Assembly: GCA_032128115.1 (NCBI GenBank)
Contig: JAQBHB010000066.1
Location: 1-40,013, forward strand
Reading direction: 5' to 3'
Source of the DNA: Deltaproteobacteria bacterium
GTDB taxonomy: Bacteria; Myxococcota_A; UBA9160; SMWR01
DNA length: 40,013 bases
In this document: positions 37,408 to 40,013 of the stretch, in pieces
How the letters are laid out: each line of letters begins with the position of its first letter
Numbering within the stretch: the stretch's first letter is position 1
The notes under the pieces: generated by a model
Databases searched by the model: none
What the model saw: only the letters and a program-made list of their open reading frames with translations
What the model was told of the DNA's origin: nothing
Program-made: the position numbers and the translations under genes

Positions 37408-40013
37408 GCGCAGAGCCGACTGCGATTCCCGAGGCCACGAGCGTGCCGAGGATCCGGGTGGTGACGGCCGCATCGCTCTTCGATGGCCACGATGCGGCCA
37501 TCAACATCATGCGCCGCATCCTGCAGTCCCAGGGGGCCGAGGTGATCCACCTGGGCCACGACCGCTCGGTGGACGAGATCGCCGAGGCCGCGGTCCAGGA
37601 GGATGCGCACGCGGTGGCGGTCTCCTCCTACCAGGGCGGCCACATGGAGTTCTTCCGCTACCTGGTGGACCGGCTGGCCGAAATGGGCGCCGAGGGGGTC
37701 CGGGTCTACGGAGGCGGCGGCGGCACGATCACCTCCGAGGAGGCGCAGGCGCTCCACGACTACGGCGTGGCGCGCATCTTCCTGCCCGAGGACGGCCGCC
37801 AGCTCGGCCTGACGGGCATGATCCGCACGATCGTGGCGGAGTGCGAAGAGGGGCGACTGGCGTTTGGCGGCGACGAGCTGGCCCGCCTGGGCCCGCAGGA
37901 AACCAGTGCCGTGGCGCGGCTCATCACGGCCTTCGAGGACGCACCGGACGAATCGCGGCGCGGCGAGCTGCGAGACGCCCTGGCGGGACGGCGGGAACGT
38001 CCACCGGCTCCGGTGATCGGATTCACGGGCACCGGCGGCGCCGGTAAATCGAGCCTCGTGGACGAAGTGGTGCGGCGCTTCCGGCAGGACCACCCGGACT
38101 GGAATCTGGGGCTGCTGCTGGTTGATCCCACGCGGCGCCGCTCCGGCGGGGCGCTCCTGGGCGACCGCCTGCGCATGAACTCGATCCACGGTTCGGGCGT
38201 GTTCGCGCGCTCGCTGGCCACCCGGAGTTCCGACCGCGCGCTCTCCCAGAGCCTGGCCGACGCGGTTCGCGTTCTGCAGGCGGCCGACTTCGATCTGATC
38301 CTGGTGGAGACGGCGGGGATCGGACAGAGCGATTCCGAGATCGTCGATCGCGTGGATCACTCGGTGTACGTGATGACTCCCGAGTACGGAGCGGCGTCGC
38401 AGCTCGAAAAGATCGACATGATCGACCTGGCCGACGTGATCGTCCTGAACAAGTGCGACCGTCAGGGGGCCCAGGACGCCCTGCGCGACGTGCGCAAGCA
38501 GTGGAAGCGCAACCGCGCCGACTTCGCGCGTCCGGACACGGAGATTCCCGTGTATGCGACCATCGCCCACCGCTGGAACGATGCCGGCACCGAGCGGCTC
38601 TACGAGGGTCTGCGCGCCAGGCTATCCCCGGGTGAGAGCGCCGGGCGGGCCCCGGCCGACGCTGCGGATGTGGAGGCGGAGGCCGCCCCGATTCCGGCGC
38701 ACCGCGTGCGCTACCTGGCGGAGATTGCCGAGTTGCTTCGCGACTGGCGCGCGCATACGGACGCGGCCGCCGAGCGGGCTGCCGATGCCTGGGCCCTGGC
38801 CCGGACCCTGCGGGATCTGGGAGAGCCCGTTCCCGAAGGTGCGACCGCCTATCCCGACGACCGCCTGGAGTCAGGCGCCGACCCGGTGGTGACCGCCCTG
38901 CGTCGGCGCTTCAACGCCGCTCTGGCCGACCTCGGTTCCGACGAGCGGGAGCAGATCTCGGCCTGGCCCGAGACCCGGGAGCGCTATCGGGCAGAGACCC
39001 AGACCTACGCCGTGCGCGACCGCGAAATCACGGTGGCGAACCACGTCGAGACCCTGTCGCAGACACGGTTGCCGCGGGTGGCCGTTCCGCGCAGCGGCGA
39101 CTGGGGCGAATTGCTGCGCTACTTCCGGCTCGAGAACCTGCCCGGGCACTTCCCATTCACGGCCGGCGTCTTCCCCTTCAAGCGCCAGGGGGAGGATCCG
39201 ACCCGGATGTTCGCCGGAGAGGGGGGCGCCGAGCGCACCAACCGCCGCTTCCACTACCTGAGCCACGGCCAGCCTGCGGTGCGCCTCTCCACGGCCTTCG
39301 ACTCGGTGACTCTCTACGGGCGCGATCCGAGCCGGCGGCCCGACATCTACGGCAAGGTGGGCAACTCCGGCGTCTCCGTGTGTAGCCTGGAGGACGCCGT
39401 GAAGCTCTATTCGGGCTTCGATCTCTCGAGTCCGTCCACGTCGGTTTCGATGACCATCAACGGGCCGGCGCCCACGCTGCTGGCGTTCTACCTGAACGCA
39501 GCCATCGACCAGGCGGTGGAGACCCATCTTCGCGAGACCGGCGATCTGGACCGGGTGTGCCGCGAGATCTCCCGGGACGATCGCCCCGGCTACGCGGGCG
39601 AACTGCCCGAGGGCCACAGCGGCCTGGGGCTCGCCCTGCTGGGCGTGTCCGGAGACCGGGTCGTGGACGCCAAGACCTATGCGCGCATCCGTGCGGACGT
39701 GCTGGGCCGGGTGCGCGGAACCGTGCAGGCCGACATCCTGAAAGAGGACCAGGCCCAGAACACCTGCATCTTCTCCATCGAGTTCTCGCTCCGGGTGATG
39801 GGTGACATCCAGGATTATTTCATCCGCAACCACGTTCGGAACTTCTATTCGGTTTCGATCTCCGGCTATCACATGGCGGAAGCCGGCGCGAACCCCATCA
39901 CCCAGCTGGCCTTCACGCTCGCCAACGGCTTCACCCTCTGCGAGTACTACGCAGCGCGGGGCATGGCCATCGATGAATTCGCACCCAACTTCTCGTTCTT
40001 CTTCAGCAACGGG
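37404..40013 (+). CDS. icmF: Fused isobutyryl-CoA mutase / MeaI GTPase chaperone (3'-truncated by window edge)
   Basis: Translated by hand. B12 domain TAASLFDGHDAAINIMRR; GTPase GTGGAGKSS and NKCD; mutase EDPTRMFAGEG, TVQADILKEDQAQN and FSFFFSNG. These motifs share one frame over 870 codons. GTGA overlap with merR. Confidence 0.96.
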   Translation, partial: MSAEPTAIPEATSVPRIRVVTAASLFDGHDAAINIMRRILQSQGAEVIHLGHDRSVDEIAEAAVQEDAHAVAVSSYQGGHMEFFRYLVDRLAEMGAEGVRVYGGGGGTITSEEAQALHDYGVARIFLPEDGRQLGLTGMIRTIVAECEEGRLAFGGDELARLGPQETSAVARLITAFEDAPDESRRGELRDALAGRRERPPAPVIGFTGTGGAGKSSLVDEVVRRFRQDHPDWNLGLLLVDPTRRRSGGALLGDRLRMNSIHGSGVFARSLATRSSDRALSQSLADAVRVLQAADFDLILVETAGIGQSDSEIVDRVDHSVYVMTPEYGAASQLEKIDMIDLADVIVLNKCDRQGAQDALRDVRKQWKRNRADFARPDTEIPVYATIAHRWNDAGTERLYEGLRARLSPGESAGRAPADAADVEAEAAPIPAHRVRYLAEIAELLRDWRAHTDAAAERAADAWALARTLRDLGEPVPEGATAYPDDRLESGADPVVTALRRRFNAALADLGSDEREQISAWPETRERYRAETQTYAVRDREITVANHVETLSQTRLPRVAVPRSGDWGELLRYFRLENLPGHFPFTAGVFPFKRQGEDPTRMFAGEGGAERTNRRFHYLSHGQPAVRLSTAFDSVTLYGRDPSRRPDIYGKVGNSGVSVCSLEDAVKLYSGFDLSSPSTSVSMTINGPAPTLLAFYLNAAIDQAVETHLRETGDLDRVCREISRDDRPGYAGELPEGHSGLGLALLGVSGDRVVDAKTYARIRADVLGRVRGTVQADILKEDQAQNTCIFSIEFSLRVMGDIQDYFIRNHVRNFYSVSISGYHMAEAGANPITQLAFTLANGFTLCEYYAARGMAIDEFAPNFSFFFSNG

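Overview
High-GC (about 70% by eye) bacterial chromosome window. Its gene order resembles Deltaproteobacteria/Myxococcota, which is an inference. The left ~7.5 kb is accessory: a papain-like lipoprotein, an alpha/beta hydrolase, a fatty-acid desaturase, gene remnants, mtgA, a GT-C-like membrane protein and DUF4345/DUF2867/DUF2164 genes. Next come pit-DUF47, an acyl-CoA ligase divergent from a MaoC-like gene, and an aminotransferase plus orphan ParB-like gene. A long housekeeping run follows: tilS-ftsH-folP-cdaA-cdaR-glmM-pdxJ*-acpS*-nnr-tsaE-lysC-comEA-like-yihY/Rrf2-iscS-mnmA-rnc-era, then thiolase-hbd. The window ends with a Tat-lipoprotein GMC oxidoreductase coupled to a GT-C-like gene, and merR-icmF (icmF runs off the end and is absent from the ORF track). 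The most striking signal is that the adjacent pdxJ and acpS homologues are full-length, intact and syntenic, yet both have lost catalytic residues, suggesting a repurposed pseudoenzyme pair beside a c-di-AMP module. No rRNA, tRNA, CRISPR array or intact mobile element was seen. All family calls rest on manual motif recognition, not database searches.
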